Positions 38,565 to 52,650 of a DNA stretch of 64,000 nucleotides are shown here, piece by piece; within the stretch, counting starts at the first letter, position 1, and each line of letters starts with the position of its first letter. The position numbers and the translations under genes are program-made. The stretch lies in contig CM052818.1 of the NCBI GenBank assembly GCA_028534125.1, positions 870,001 through 934,000 on the forward strand, in the 5' to 3' direction. The notes under the pieces were generated by a model that made no database searches, was not told the origin of the DNA, and saw nothing but the letters and a program-made list of their open reading frames with translations. The stretch comes from Lama glama (Eukaryota).

Positions 38565-41230
38565 TTTTTAATAGCACTTTTGTGGAGATGTAATTTACAA
38601 GCCGTACAATTCACCCTTTCAAAGTGTACAAATTCAGTCATTTTTAGTATTTCACAGAATTTTGAAATCATCACCACTGTCTAATTTTAGAGCATTTTTA
38701 TCACCCCAAAACCAAATACTCATTATCAATCACTTCCCGTTTTCCCCTGTTCCCAGTCCCTGACAATCATTAATCTACTTTCTGCCTCTATGGATTTGCC
38801 TGTTCTGGACATATCACATACACGGAATCATACAATATGTAGTCTCTTGGCAACTGGCTTCTGTTCACTTAGCATAATGTTTCCATGGTTCATCGATGTT
38901 ATAGCATGTATCAGTCCTTCCTTCCTTTTCGTTGTCAAGCAATATTCTGATGTATGGATATACCACATTTTACTCACCCATCCATCAACGGATGGACATT
39001 TGAGCTGTTTCCACTTGGTGGCTATCATGAATAGTGCTGCTATCAATATTCATGTAGAGGTTTTTATGTGGATGTATGTTTTCACTTTTCTTGGGTAGAA
39101 GCTACTAGTGGAATTGCTAGGTCATATGGTAACTCTATGTTTAATTTTTTTAACTCAGGTTATATTGAATATATTTAATTATATTTAGTTTGATGTATAT
39201 TTACATCAAACATACCATTTAAATCATTTTTAGGTGTACAGTTCAGAGTTAATCTTGTAACACTTCATATAAAATATAGAAAACTTGCAGACATATAGGC
39301 GCATTTAGAACCCCCTCATCACTGATCTAATAATATAATTATCATACATGTAACATCTACATCCATTAAAATCCCCACCAGAGAGGAAAAGGGGTGATCT
39401 ATTATTTTTACATAGCTTTTTATCATTTCTGTGGCTCTTCACTTTTGAAGATTCAAAGTTCCCTCTGATAATACTCCTTTTAACCTGAAGAACTTTTATT
39501 TTTTTCAGCATATCTTGTAGATCAAGGAACGGATTATCTTAGTTTCCCTTCACATGAAAATATCTATTTCATCTTCAGTCCTGCAGAATATTTTTGCTGG
39601 CTATATAATTCTAGGTTAATGATTTCATTGTGTTCATGCCTCTATAATTTCTGATGAAAACCCTCTAAACTTTCATACAATTGTTCCCTCGGTGTAATGT
39701 TTTTCTTTCTCTAGCTACTTTCAGAGATTTTCCTTAATTTTTGGTTTTAAACCCTTTTGTTATGAAGAGTCTTCTGTGATTTTCTGTAAGTCTATCCTGT
39801 TTAGGGGTTGCTAAGCTTCCTGAATTTGTAAATTTACCCTTTTCACCAAATTTAGGACAGTTGGGGCCATTATTTCCTCAAATTTTTTTTAATCTACCAA
39901 CCTTTTTTTCTTCTCCTTTTGGAACTCCAATCACACATGCATTAGATCTTTTGACATTTTTTTTTGCAGATTCCTCTGGCTCTATTTTTTTTTTTCAATC
40001 TGTGTTTCTCTCTGTTCTTCTGATTGGATAATTTCTACTGATCTATCTTTAATTTCATTTTTTTTCTTCTGTCATCTCTATTCTGCTTTTGAGCCTTTCC
40101 AGTGAATTTCTCATTTCAGAGATTGTATTTTTCAGCTGTGAACTTTTCATCTGGTTCTTTTCTGTAGTTTCTATTTCTTCACTGGCAATAACTCTCTTTT
40201 CGTTCATTTGAAATGTATTTTTCTTTACTTCATTGTTATAATAATTATATAATTGTTTTTATATATACATATATATAACTATAACTTTATTTTATATACT
40301 TATATATTTGTTATAATAGCATCTTTTAAATTTCTGTCTGATGATTCTACATCTAAGCTATCTTGGGGTTGGCATCTGTTGATTGTATTTTCCCTCAAGA
40401 ATTAGTTACATTTCTTACTTCTTCTTTATGTTGAGTAATTTCTTATTCTATCTTGACATTGTAAATGTCATGTTGGATAAACTCTGGATACTGTTTAAAG
40501 TCCTCCGGAGAATGTTTGTGTTTTTGTTTTAGCAGGCAATCAACCTGTCATTTCTGCTTCACCTTCAGTGGTAGTTCAAATCTCAGTTCAATGAAAGCCT
40601 TTGCAATGCTGCTTTGAGTCTTAACCTGTTCACGTGCAACTCACAGATGCTTCTGAAAGTTGTTCAGGTGGTTCAAATCCTGCTTTAGTTCTCCAAGCCT
40701 TTGCCACCTTCGTTAGGATCTGCTCTGTGTACGTGTTCTTCAGTGGTTGGACACTCTGATACTTGATCATGCCATTCAAACCTCTGCATCTGTCCATGCA
40801 TTCATAGTTCAGGATGTGTGCTAAGACGTGTGGGTTCAAATACAGGATTAATGGATTTCCCTCTCTGGCTCTCCCCACTATAGGATTCTACTCCTTAGCC
40901 TTGAGCATGCAGGGGCCCCTTTTCCTGGTTTCTTTGGCCATAAACATGCGTTTCCTTTCCCGTTTTAGGCATAAGTGCCTCTGCACTTCTCCACAACCAG
41001 GGCTCAGCCACGGGGCAAGGCCAAAATGGAGAAGAGGAGAAACAGAGAAGCTTGCCCCCATGGTGGCTGCCTCTCCAATTTTTCACTCTCTTCCACAATC
41101 TGCTTGCATTTTTAATTTATTTTTTTTCCTCAGAGTCTTCAGGCAGTGTGTTTTGTCTAGCAATTTCAGTTGTAACCTGCAGGAGAGATGGGCTGTGTGC
41201 ACCACCATGCTAGGATTCAAACCCTGTCAT
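38565..41230 (-). mobile_element. Antisense L1 fragments (L1MB 3' end 38565-39150; older L1 5'/ORF1 region beyond)
   Basis: ctctatggatttgcctgttctggacat...; T-rich antisense L1 sequence. Confidence 0.75.
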
Positions 41231-41279
41231 AATGTTTTGAACTTTGAATATTGATATAACACTTGTGTTTATTCAGCTT

Positions 41280-41465
41280 GGAGCCTAACACCATCACTTA
41301 GCAGCTGTGAGACCTTGGGGAGATGACTTGATTTATCTGAACCTGAGTTTCTCCGTATGTAAAAATGAGATTATACTGCCTACTTTTGAGGCTGGTTGTG
41401 AGGATTAATTGAAATAACACATGCATAGTGCTTGGTTTATGGAAGTTGCTGTGTAAATATGACCA
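41280..41465 (+). mobile_element. MIR
   Basis: cacttagcagctgtgagaccttggg...ctgaacctgagtttctcc...gttgtgaggattaa. Confidence 0.8.
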
Positions 41466-43002
41466 GGATAGAAAATAAGTTCAACTCTCAAGCCAATTCT
41501 GTTTTCAAAAGAATTCTCAGAAACAATTTCATTTTCTGTGGATAGTAATGTTTATTTCAAGATCTTTAATTGGAACTTAAATATTTTAGTCATCAAGTAC
41601 AACAAAATAACAATTATATGTTTATTATACATAAATAAATATGTACAATAAAATTTTAAAGTACAATTTAAGATTGATGATAAAATTTTATCAAGGTTTT
41701 TTTCAGCTTTATTGAGGCATAATTGACCAGTAAAATATTTAAAGTGTACATCCAAGTCTTAAAATTTGAACATTTTTGTTTCATATTGTTCGTGGGGCTA
41801 TGCATATTTGGGTAGCACTTTCTTGACTGCAATGTAACATGAGGATCCGAATCAGTTACAAGAGCAGTTGATTATGTGATTCTAACCAGATACAAGTCAC
41901 AGACAAAAAATACTTTTGCAAAACTAGCTATACCAAAACATTATCAAAAGATAAATTATAACATGATAACATTGTTTCAACTGTAATTATCAAACTAATT
42001 GCTAAATGGGCAGACAATGAACCAGCAATCCACTCAAAGAGAAATGAGTCTTAAGTAGTTGAAAACTCTCTGCAACTGATCTGTAAAATCCTGGACTTCA
42101 AATGCAGAGTTAATCACTCCCATCTGCCCATGGCCATTATTAACCATGCTTGTTCTGGGAACATGCTTCTATAGTTTGCTCTTTTTCTAAGTTCATTCCC
42201 CAAAACCTATTTACCCCAACCCCGACCAATACACACACACACACACACAGGCAAGTATTCTAATGAGTTTATAGTGTATCCTTTGTACAGAGAGAGAGAG
42301 AGATACACACATATTATACATAAAATACATGTATTGTGTGTATAACACATACACAACATATTTTCAACATGTACACATACATAACGTACATTTTATATAC
42401 ATGTCTCACAAAACGTATTTTTGTTTTGTGTATTTTTTATTGAAGAATAGTTGATTTACAAGATTATGTTAGTTTCAGGTGTTCAGTAAAATGGTTCTGT
42501 TACATTTTTTCAGATTATTTTCCATCATAGGTTATTACAAGCTATTGAATATAGTTCCCTGTGCTGTACAGTAAAGCCTTGTTGCTTACCTATTTTATAT
42601 ATAGTAGTTTGTATCTGTTAATCTCAAATTCCAAATTTTTAGGCGTTTTAAAAATTATCATCATCATCATCATCCTCATCCTCATTATTATTATGTTTTA
42701 GACCTCATTCTACTTCTCATGTTTTTGACTCAGCTCTCTAATATTAGTATATATCCAGTCTCTCGCTTCTGCATGCTTCATGGTCTCCCCTGGGGTTTAT
42801 CCAGTGCCTTTTACTTATCCAGCTCCCCAGAAATAACACTTAGAATGCCTCCAGATCCCTGCAGAGAGCACTGAAATCGCCAGATACGCACCCCCGCTCA
42901 CTTATGAATCTGTATGAGATTTTCCTTGCAATATATATGCAGAGTGGGATTACTAAACCAGAGGTTGTACTATTACTGTCTAGAATGTCCGTATTAGCCT
43001 AC

Positions 43003-43208
43003 ACCAGAGGTCAGCAAACTACAGCCCATGCTTCAAATTCGTCCAGCAGCATTTTTTGTAAAAAAGTTACTGGAACACATCGATTTCACTTCTGTAGTAT
43101 GTATAACTGTTTTTGTGCTTCAACTGCAGAGTTGAGTAGTTAAGACAGACACCATCTGGCCTGCAAAGACAAAAATATTTAGTACTATCTGGTCCTTTAC
43201 AGAAAATA
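43003..43208. mobile_element. MER58A-like
   Basis: cagaggtcagcaaactacagccc...gcagagttgagtagtt...tatctggtcctttacagaaaa. Confidence 0.8.
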
Positions 43209-43219
43209 GGCTGTATGAT

Positions 43220-45000
43220 ATTGATTCTATGGAATTTTTTGAGGTTTACTTTGTTGTCTAGTACATGGTAAGTTTTTATAAATATTACCTGTATATTAAA
43301 AAAGAAGAATATATTCTCTGCTTAGTGTAGAGCTTGATATATATTTAACAGCAAGATATTATTAATGGCATTTAGATTTTCTGTATCTCAGCTAATTTTC
43401 TATTTGCTAATCTATCAATTTGTAGCTAAAATCTCTGATAATGCATAATCTATTTTTCCCAGAATTCCATCAGTTATTATTTTATGTATTTTTAGGCTGT
43501 GCTGCTGTACGCATGTTCATCGTGGGTATATGTCCTGGTTTCGTGGTTCCTTTTCCCAGCATATGGCGATACTCTTTGTTTCTTCTTCTTGTTCTCTAGG
43601 AATCTATTTCACCAGATACAAAGATTGCCACCAATTTTCTTTTTTGTTCGTATTTTTTTCAATTCTTTAATTTTCAATCCATCATTTGACTTTGCTTTCA
43701 GTGTGTCTCATGTTCATAGTACACTGTTGCATCTTGCTTTGTTTTATTTTTATCTTATTTGAGAAGTTTCTAAATCTTAATTGATGAATTTTACTCATTT
43801 ATATTTATTAAATTTTCTGGGACTTATTTTATGTTTTCTGTGTACTGTGCTTCACTTTTATTTTATCTTTCTCCTTTCTTGTTTTCCCCTAAATAGATAA
43901 AGTTGAATGCTTTTTATTTTTGTATATGATTGCCCTTAATTTTGATACTTATGTTTATTTACTCCTTTTAATTTATTTAATTTATTAACATATTACCTTC
44001 CAAACAAAGCAAAAACCTTAACATACTTCTGTGTCCCTCACAACCATGGCCAATTTGATATTGTCTAGAAAATTTGTTCCAGGTTATTATAGATACATTT
44101 TTTTCTCTTTTTTTTCCTTTGGTCATTGAGATTTTAAACGATAACATTTTTTAAGTTATTTAATCACGTTACATATCCTGTATATTTGGCAGCAGCCTCT
44201 TGGTTTACTTATTTCTCTTATTTGAACACTTCCCCTAAAAGCATTTACAAAGTGTTCTTTATGTGGTAACCTTCTAAGGGCTTTTGTGACTGAGAATATC
44301 TTTATTATAGTTTCCCATTTAGATTATAACATGGATGCATACAAAATCCTGTACTTGAAGTTATTTTTCTTTAATAACTTTTTAAATAATCTTTCTTTCT
44401 AAAGTTATTACTCTACTGACTGCTTGGATCCACATTTTCTGTGGGAAAAATGATGTTAATATTTTTCTTGTTCCTTTACAGGTCATCTGCTCTGGAGATT
44501 TTTGTCTTCGATGTTTTCTGGAATATTTTAAAATTTTCTTTTCTTTTTGATGTTTTTAAGTTTCACTATAAAGTGTATAAATGTGATTTTTTTCTTACCT
44601 ACCCAGCTTGACATGTAATGAGACTTTTCAATTCTAGGAACTTTATCATCATTATCATTTCAAACATAACTCTCTGATAATTCTATTCTTCTTTTGTTCT
44701 GAGACTCCTACTGTCTAGATGTGTGGATATTAACATTTCTACCACTAGTCTTCATTATCTCTTAGTTTGTATTTCATGTTACATTTTCTGCTGCCTTCTG
44801 GGGGAATTTTTTAATGTGATCTTCTGACTCACTAATTTGTTCTTTGGTTGAATCCATCCTGAGATAGAGAGATACATAGATACATAGGTAGGTAGATAGA
44901 TAATCCCATCTATCATTTCCACTATTACATTATTGATATCTAATATTTTCATTTTATTCTTTTCAATGACTTCTTCTGTATTCATATCATGAAATAACCT
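43220..45000 (-). mobile_element. Old L1ME-type fragments
   Basis: T-rich degenerate antisense L1-like sequence. Confidence 0.5.
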
Positions 45001-46027
45001 CTTTTATTTTTCTCAGTCTTCTTTCCCCATCTCTTCTCCCTCTCTCCTCGAGAATAATTTCATTTTCATTAAAAATATGACTTCACTGCAGCTTTTTAAA
45101 TGCTGCAAGACAGTGAAGAAAGAATCACAAAAGCCTCAAAGAAAATAAACATGACATTTTATTCTAAGCCAAGCTGTTGTTCAAGTTCATAGGCACCAAT
45201 AAACAGCTTTGAACATAAAAGAATTCTGAGAATTGCTACGAGTTCAAATGGAGGGTTCTAGTGGAGTATAAACTTGGGCCTGCCAAGTGATGATGGAAAA
45301 GCTGAAACTAAAGAATGGGCAGGGAGTACTGGACGTACATTACCGTAGACCAAGGCAAACCACATGCAGTGACTACAGCTGAAGGACAGACTAGATGTGA
45401 TCTAGAAATGATCTGATTGATGTCTCAGATTCAGATGAGAAGGGGACACAAAGGTAGGATAAGGTATAAATATACTGAAACATAAACATGTTTCTTCATC
45501 TTATATAGCTTGGGCTACAAAGTGGCCAAATCAAGTGAGAGAAATGTATTTAACAATACAAAATTTAACTCTAAGAAAATAAAACTATCAATTAAAATGA
45601 AGAGGAGTGAGAGGAGTAGAGGAAATGAGGAGGAAGTAGAAATATTCTAATTTCATATTGCTCATAGTGGAGAATTAATAGACTAAATTTAGAAAAATAG
45701 AAAATTAAGGTAGCTACATAAATACAGAAAAAGATAAGAAATAACAAGCGTTAGTAAGGATGTGGAGAAAAGGGAACCTTGGGCACTGTTGGTGAGAATG
45801 TAAATTGGTGTAGCCACTATGGAAAACAGTATGGAGATTCCTCAAAAAATAAAAACTAGACCTACCATATGACACAGCAACCCCACTTCTGGGCATATAA
45901 CTGAAGGAAATGGAATCACTATCTGGAAGAGATATCTGTACCCTGTGTTCTCTGCAGCATTATCCACAACAACCAAGACATGGAAACACTCTAAGTGCTC
46001 ACTGATGACTTGAGTGGATAAGGAGAT

Positions 46028-46029
<2 letters not shown>

Positions 46030-46074
<45 letters not shown>
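46030..46074. repeat. (TA)n microsatellite
   Basis: About 22 perfect TA units; absent from copy A. Confidence 0.95.
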
Positions 46075-46077
<3 letters not shown>

Positions 46078-47007
46078 GGTAATTATGTGAGGTGATAATG
46101 TGTTAACTAACTTTATTGCAGTAATCATTTTACAATATATACGTTTATCACACCATCCTGTAGTACACATTAAACTTACACAATGTTATATGTCAATTAT
46201 ATTTCAGTGCAGTCGAGGGGTGGGGGGAAACCAAAACACAACAAACCAACCAACCCATGGTGAGCACCTAAGAGTAACATAATCTGAACAGACCAGCCAG
46301 CCACCTGCTGGCAGATTGATTTATTGGATCCCTGCCAGTGTATGGTCCGTACTACAATAGACATTTATTCTAAATATAGAATTGTCTTTCTTACTTACCA
46401 CGCTTCTGCTACAAACATCATCCTTGAAAGTGCTGAACACCTCATTCCTGGTCATGGTGTTCTGCACAACACTGTTTCCAGCTAAGAAAGAAGGCAATGG
46501 GCTGGTACATACAGAAATTGGTGGTCTTATCATGTACCACATCACCCAGACACAGCTGAGCTTATAATACGGCTAAGTGGCCAATTAAACTCAGTTACTG
46601 AAGCAGCTGGGAAACGCCTGGGGCAGTTGTGGGGCAGAGGTGGGGGCTATACGTGCTCTGAACTAGTTACCAATATCCAGTGCTCTTTCTCCTACAGTCA
46701 GAACACATCCCGAAACCTAAGGGGTGACGGTAGTAGTGTTACTTTTCAATATTACATCTAAATGTTTGCTTCTTGTTCCTTCAGTTTTTGGCTCTATTGG
46801 TTTAGAGGTCTTAGTGCCCAAGGGATTAACTTTTCCGCCTTTGAACACAATAAGGGCTCCACCCACCTGACAGTTGAAACTGTCACCTGACCATTTTGTG
46901 CTCCTTATGTATCTGGATTAACAGAAAAAAAAGGTGGGGAGGGGGTGGAGATTAGTGTTTGGCTGGAGATTATCCAAGGGAAATACTATTATCAAAGATA
47001 AATAGGA

Positions 47008-47095
47008 CACATTGTAACTGACTACACTTCAGTAAAAAAAAAAAAAGCTGCTCTACAGCTAAAAAATGAAAAGAAAAGAAAAAAGAAAAGAAAAG
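47008..47095 (+). mobile_element. Tiny L1 tail with double A-tail, specific to copy B
   Basis: cacattgtaactgactacacttcagt + poly(A) + gctgctctacagct + A-rich tail; flanked by aaatagga; empty in copy A near 16205. Confidence 0.75.
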
Positions 47096-48016
47096 AAATA
47101 GGAACACTGCTATAGAATTGAGTGAGAGAAGAATATGCCTGGAACGCAAGTGACCCTTTGGAACACTTCCTAACAATGACATATCCGTTAATGAAAGTTA
47201 ATGGGAGGTTACAGCAACCCTATATTGGTGGGACCCCTCAGAAATGGTGGTTTGGGTCACCCCGAGGGTAAAGGCGCCCAGCTGGCTGAGACGCATGCTG
47301 AAAGGGAACATGAAATAGACATTACAGTACTATAGTTGTGTTGTGTACCTTGTGCCCAGCTACAGAAAGGAAGACACTAGAAGCCATCTTATTTTTCCCC
47401 ACATTACACATATGCATATGTAATTACATATATATAAGTTAATATCTGTTTAGAGCTATGCATTTAAATTTTGCTTGTATCTTTTTTCTACTATTTTATC
47501 TAAGGTGGATGTTTTGGTTATCTGATGCTGTGTAATAAACCACCTGAAAATTTAACGACTTAAAACAATGATTTATTACCTTTCACAATTCTGTGAATTG
47601 ACTTGAAGTTCTGATTCCCATAGTATGTTAGCTAGACTATATCTTTTCAATAAATTTGATTAATTAAGTTAACCAGAGTCATCTCTATTGTTATATCCAA
47701 AGAACACCACTTGGGACAGAAATTGATACCTGAGAATGTGTCCCAAGTAAAAGGCCCTTGAAGACATATGGGATATTGGCAATTGATCATCAGACCAAGA
47801 TAAGGCAAAAGATAGACTCCAATTAAATTGGGGAAGAGGAAAGTAGTAGCTCGTGGAACTCAGTGGAGAAACAGAAAATTTCTTTGGCTAGCAGGTGCCT
47901 AGAATACATTCCAGAGCATGTTCATGTGGGCACCTGAAGAAAGTGGTCCTGGTGGCAGGGATGGATACTATGTATGAACTCAACAATATGGGCTTCCCTT
48001 CTCTAAATTTGATCTG

Positions 48017-48131
48017 ATTTGAATGAAATGAAATCACTATCTCAGAAAGATATCTGCACCTCCATATTCATTGCAGCATTGTTTACAATAGCCAAGATAT
48101 GGAAACAACCAAGTGTAATAGAGAAGATGTG

Positions 48132-48169
<38 letters not shown>

Positions 48170-48672
48170 CAGAATATTATTAAGCTATAAAAAAGAAGAA
48201 ATCCTACCACTTGTAACAACATGGATAGACTTTACAGGCTTTATACAAAATGAAATCAGACACTGACTACTGTATGATCTCACTTATATGTGGAATCTAA
48301 AAAAACTGAATTCATAGATACAGAGAACAGACTGGTGGTTGCCAGAGGTGGGTGTGGGGGCATAGAATGGGCAAAATCAGTGAAGGTGGTCAAAATGTAC
48401 AAACTTCTAGTTATAAGATAAATAACTCATGGGGATTTAATGTACACCATGGTGACTATAGCTAACAGCACTGTATCGTATATTTGAAAGTTGCTAAGAA
48501 AATAGGCATTCAAAGCTCTCATCACGAGAAAAAAATCTGTAACTATGTGTGGCGATGGATGTTAACTAAACTTAGTCTGACAGTCATTTTGCAATATATA
48601 CATATATCAAATCATTATGTTGTATACCTAAAACCAGTATATTATGTGTCAACTATATCTCAATTTTTAAAA
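48017..48672 (+). mobile_element. L1MA9-like 3' end (includes (CA)n 48134-48166)
   Basis: gaaatgaaatcactatctcagaaagatatctgcac...tgtcaactatatctcaat. Confidence 0.85.
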
Positions 48673-51600
48673 GAAAGTTACTTAAAATTTCAAAGCTAAA
48701 AACTAGAATTAAATGTTTAATTTCCAAATTGTTAGAAGAAACACACACTTAAAACAAAGCAAACAACAGGGGAACCCTGAATTAGCTTGCTGGTTGTATC
48801 AACGACAGTATCCTGGTTGTGATACTATATTCGAGTTTTGCAACACATTACCATTGAGGGAAACTGGGTAAAGGGTACGTGAGATTTCTCTGTATTATGT
48901 CTTACAAATGCATGTGAATCTACAGTTATCTCAGAATTGAAATAAAAAAGAAAACAAAGCAAACAGAACAAAATATTTTAAAGCTAAAAACCAGAAAACA
49001 CCAACATATTGCAGAAACAAAGCCATACACATCATACTAATTAATGTAAATTAGCAAAATTTAAGCAGTAAGACAAAAAGACTTTCAGGTTGGCTTACAA
49101 AGCAAAAGCCAACTGTATGCTATATTCTAGAGACACACCTAAAACAAGTTAGTATATTTATGTTCTTCCCATTCTCTGACTTTTAGTACATGTTATTTGA
49201 TTTTCCATAGTCAAAGTTCATAACATATACATTTTGTTCTATAATCTTAGTTTTTTAGTGTTTATTTCTAGCTCTATGTTTAAATTAATGTTGCAAATAA
49301 CTCTTCCAAACATCAGTTTTAGTTCTTTATTTTGAGTCTCTTCTTGATTCTATTTCTATGATTAACATTTTTTTTCAAGAAAGGCTTATATAAAAACAGC
49401 AACATTAAGAATGATAGCAGTCCAAAACATTTTAACACTGGTTCAGCCTTCACACTGTGTGGAGAACGGTACCCAGACACTTTAAATTATCTGATTAAGC
49501 CCTCAAAACAATCCTATGTCTTGAAATTGTTATTCTGTAAACACAGTAATTTTTTTCTCTTCTGTATCTAAAGTTGAATATCTACACCCTGGCCAGCATT
49601 TAAATTCTGTTCTCAAGGATGCAGAAGGTTATCATTGCTAAGGACGATGACTTCATTTGAACTTAGCAAACAAAAGATCCCGTCATCTCTAGAGGGCAGT
49701 GGGGAATCAAAAAATAATAGCAAAATTTTATTGTACCCTATTTGGGAGTTCTACAAAATAAGTCTTGAAAATTTGACTTCAGGGACCCTCTATTTAGTGA
49801 AGAGGGAAAGGAGAGTTTGAGGAAGTAGCTCAGGGCTGGAAGCAAACTGTTCTCACGAGGGAGGGTAGGATGTAAGAATCACACCAGAACTTTAAAGGAT
49901 TCAAGGCTTCTGTGTGAGACACGAATAAGAAAGACTGTTTTATCTGAAGTTATAATTCAGAAGAAAAATGCTGAAAAAAAAATATTGTTTTAAAAGTTAT
50001 TGGTTTTTGGATTCATCCCCAAATCCTGGAGGCTATATACTTCCCTAATTGTGGTAATGGAGAAAAAGGGACAAAGCTCATATGTGTAGATTACCCTATT
50101 CTTAATTAATTGCATACTTCTGTACTACTGCTGGAGTATTAGAAGATTGAATAATTGCCATCTCATTTTCCTTTTCTTTAAAATACTAGTTATGGCAAAT
50201 TTCTTCCTCTTACTGATTCCTACCTCTCACTATTCTAAGTGGGTGTGTAGGTGGTAGTTAAATTTATTGTTCACTTCATAGGTCAGAGAATCCTGAAATT
50301 ATGATAGACTGGATGAGGAGTGGGCATCACCTGGAAATTGCAATCTCCAGGATTAACTAATGGCTCTGAAAAGAAAACAGTAGAGCATGGTGGTTAAGAA
50401 CAATGGACTTGGGCGTCACATGCTTGGGTTCAAATGCTAGCTCTGCCATACAATCCGTGTGCCCTGTGAGGAATAATGAATTAATAAAACACTTAGAAAA
50501 ATGCCTGGCACACAATATGTGCTCAGGAAAAGAATTCAAGAGTCCCATGATTTCATCTCAAAGTGCTGAATGTGATTTTGTAATGGTTCCCAGAGAGCGT
50601 TTTGTGTTATCCAATTAGTGGTGGGGAGCAGAAAGTTAAATATACCTTTATGCTACCTCCAAAATTCAAGAGTGTGTTTGAAACATTGGTCTTCTTCTCA
50701 GTATTGAGGCACCAGGTGAAGCAACTGGCTTTTCATTTTGGATGGAATATCCCAAAATATCCCAGATCTCTGCACTCTCCATTTATCCAAGGATTTCTCT
50801 AAAGTGGAAGACGTCTGTGTTTTCACAGGTTTTATCCCTTTGCTTTGCTCTCTTCACACAAATCTTACCAAAATCCCCAGTGTGCTTGCTGCTTTTAGTT
50901 CTCCAGGGCTTTTAGTATGACACCATCATTCTTGCAAAGCAGCATGTTGTCCCTGGGGGTGGAGACAGAGTCAAGGACCCTGCAGAGTTCGAGCCCCATT
51001 TGGCTGTGGGTTCTCCCAGACTCTGTTCCTGACTCCTCAGCCTCCTAACTTATCAGCCTCAGATTTAATTTGTCTGTTTGCGAGATTGAGCAAGGTTAGT
51101 ATAGGGAAAGAGGCCAAGAAGAGGGACAGAGAAAGACCTGGACTGGGTGGCAAATCATAACCATATGGGCTATCCAGTGGTGGCAAAGAATGACCAAAGT
51201 CTTGAAAGACAGCTGCAGCCCTGAATCCATGCTGTACTTAAAAACCAGTGTTCCCAGCAGATTGAATCTGTTTTCATTCTGTTTAAAAAAGTGGCAGTGG
51301 GGGTGGGGGTGGTAAGGAACAACCAAACAGACTAAAAAAGAAACCATCTTATTCCCTTTTTTATGCACTGGAACCCACTCAAGTGGTAAGACATCCTATT
51401 CCAAGGAAAAGAAATGCTTTTCATTACTTGGCAAAAAGCTGGACTGGCAATTTATTAGCATCTATTTCAACATCCCAGGCATCGCATGTAATGACAGGAG
51501 AGGCTGATCAACATTTACGGAGAAACATTTAAGAATATCCATAAATTTGTGTTTCCTGTACAGAGCCCTGACAAGCCGCGGATACAATGACGATTTTGAA

Positions 51601-52369
51601 ATCTGGGTTTAGGAATTCCTTTGAAATCAGTCCAGGTTTGTCAGTGCCTTTGAAAAGCATATGGCTAAAAGCAGCAATGATAATAAAAACCCAAGGAGGC
51701 ACAACTCAATCACTCAGTTGCCTTTCTCCCCCTTGCTGCCTTCGCTATCCATCCATTATATGCTCTCCGGGCCATTGGCAGGAAATCCGTAAATGTCAGT
51801 GTGAGGAGTTTCCGGTGCATTATTATAACAGGCAACATTGTTGTCTTTTTCTCCTTTAAGAAATATTTTGGCAAGATACCTGAGACTCTAGGATGGGCCG
51901 CCAAGTCTCAGTAGGACTCCAGATGGTCGAGATTCCGGCTCCTGATGCCCTGATGTCTCCCCCGCCCTCCTCTCTGAGATATTTTCATTTGTGTTCTCCT
52001 CAGAGATAAATATTTTTATGTCAACCAGCCTCAATAGTGGTCATTATTGAACATTTCTGGGTTAACCTGGAGGTGACTGAGCTTAATGATGCATACTAGT
52101 GAAGTTCTGCCTTCGTATCATAGCACATCACCCCCTTTCCACAGTCCTCTTGCCCCTTTCAGCATCCTCCTCCCCTCCCTCTCCCACTGAGGTGTCCTGT
52201 GCAGACCTGACCTACTAATGCTCCCTCTTTGTACCCTCATTTAACTGGCTGGTTCCTAATAGGTGCTCCAGCATTCACAGAGTGATGTGTGAGCTTCTCG
52301 GAGATCCTCCCCAACCCTCAGCAATCTGGGTGGCTGCCCATCTCTGGGCTCTCTTAGCACCCCGTGTTG

Positions 52370-52650
52370 TCCTCAATTGTAAGAATATAATGTAATGGTT
52401 GTACGCAGAGACTTCAGTCAGAGCACAGTGCAACCCCAGGTCCTGCCTCTTGCTATCTCTGTGGCCTTGGCCAAGCTGTTTAACCTCTTTAAGTTGCAGC
52501 TCCCTCATCTGAAAACTGGGCATACCAAAATCACCTTAGGATGACGGTTGTGGAGACCAAACAAGATAGATAGAACATGTAGTGTGGTCAGCATGAGACC
52601 CGTACAGAGTAATTGTCCCAAGGACATTTAGCTATTGTCATTGTCATTAT
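52370..52650 (+). mobile_element. MIR (further MIRs near 50380-50530, 53850-54060, 60190-60350)
   Basis: ctgtggccttggccaagctgtttaacctctt...cctcatctgaaaactggg. Confidence 0.7.

Larger units (their letters stand above)
45741..48016 (-). repeat. Inverted duplication, copy B (derived)
   Basis: Reverse complement of 14872-17419; ends at ...aaatttgatctg (48016), matching cagatcaaattt (14872). Confidence 0.95.

Noticed and set aside
39188..39211. Perfect 10-bp hairpin gtttgatgta-tatt-tacatcaaac
   Set aside because: Isolated, AT-rich and among L1 fragments; compatible with chance or a local template switch.
45741..48016. Copy B as an L1 3' transduction
   Set aside because: No terminal poly(A) or TSD; the donor L1 is truncated; the copy rejoins a homologous L1 position.
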